A stretch of 64,000 nucleotides of DNA from a virus (lineage: Duplodnaviria > Caudoviricetes): IMG/VR virus record IMGVR_UViG_3300037067_021710, one strand, 5' to 3'. The stretch's first letter is position 1; the number at the start of each line of letters is the position of its first letter. Shown here piece by piece: positions 63,431 through 64,000 of this stretch. The translations under genes and the position numbers were made by a program. The notes under the pieces were generated by a model. That model was given only the letters and a program-made list of their open reading frames with translations. It was not told the DNA's origin and searched no databases.

Positions 63431-64000
63431 TTATTTTAATCTAAGACAAATCTCTCCGTCAATTCCTTCATCATCAATAATAAGTACAAGCTGTTCTTTC
63501 TTTGCAACTGACTTTATCTTATATAGACTAAATTCATTTGTGCCAATCACTGATCCTCCAACAAAACAAAATCCCCCATTGAACAATGGAATTTTAGCTG
63601 AAGTATGTAAATGCCCGCAAAGTACATGATTAAATTGAGTAGTCTCTTCTACTCCAATTTGTTGAAGTACTCCATAAAATTTAGCTGAACTCATACATAT
63701 AGAGTAAAATGGAATTCCAGCAAATCCTCCATTTCCTTCGCCAGTAAGAATATCCCCATGGGTTATAAGGAACTTTGTATTCTTAATTTTCTTTACTATG
63801 AAAGCAGACTCAGGGACATTAATAAAAATCTTTGTATTCTTCTTTTGCTCTCGTAATAAGTCATAATACATTTGAAGTTGACGTCCAAGAATATACTCAA
63901 AGTTCATTTGTACTTTTTCTTTAAAGTAGGGTTTTCCTTGCAAAATTCTAGGATGATTTCCTACTATGACGTCAATATAAATATTATCAAAATGTTTTGA
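63431..64000 (-). CDS. calcineurin-like metallophosphoesterase, 5' end outside window
   Basis: VIVGNHPR (upstream of the ORF-track start), THGD, CGHLH. Confidence 0.8.
   Translation of the reverse strand, partial: SKHFDNIYIDVIVGNHPRILQGKPYFKEKVQMNFEYILGRQLQMYYDLLREQKKNTKIFINVPESAFIVKKIKNTKFLITHGDILTGEGNGGFAGIPFYSICMSSAKFYGVLQQIGVEETTQFNHVLCGHLHTSAKIPLFNGGFCFVGGSVIGTNEFSLYKIKSVAKKEQLVLIIDDEGIDGEICLRLK

Overview
This is a 64-kb segment of an AT-rich (about 28-30% GC by eye) large T4-like tailed phage with a Gram-negative host, inferred from spanin-like and lipoprotein genes. Standard genetic code; no CRISPR, rRNA or IS element seen. Layout: (1) 1-3.6 kb, minus strand: tandem duplicated modules of 19-aa micro-ORF + small protein + beta-helix-like protein. 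(2) 3.7-21.4 kb, plus strand: an 18-gene, entirely soluble sugar biosynthesis and glycosyltransferase operon (rfbF/G/H, TPP enzyme, aldolase, two radical SAM enzymes, two methyltransferases, two epimerases, about six GT-like genes). (3) 21.8-27.9 kb: terminase, sigma factor, lytic transglycosylase, NAD-dependent ligase, tRNA-Leu(TAA). (4) 28-36.9 kb: small early genes behind a repeated sigma70-like promoter. (5) A homing-endonuclease-like gene, the major capsid protein and a fused prohead protease-scaffold. (6) 39.9-56.1 kb: about 35 otherwise unrelated small genes sharing an N-terminal 9-10 aa leader, roughly MKRYKSx(L/I/F)xE. (7) Lysis cassette, portal, baseplate hub-like gene and a truncated metallophosphoesterase. 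The standout candidate system is the leader array. It resembles a greatly expanded T4 capsid-targeting-sequence/internal-protein system: a library of cargo proteins predicted to be packaged in the head, clipped after Glu by the prohead protease and injected with the DNA. It is driven by a putative late promoter TACTAATAA. All product calls come from motif recognition by eye, not database searches.
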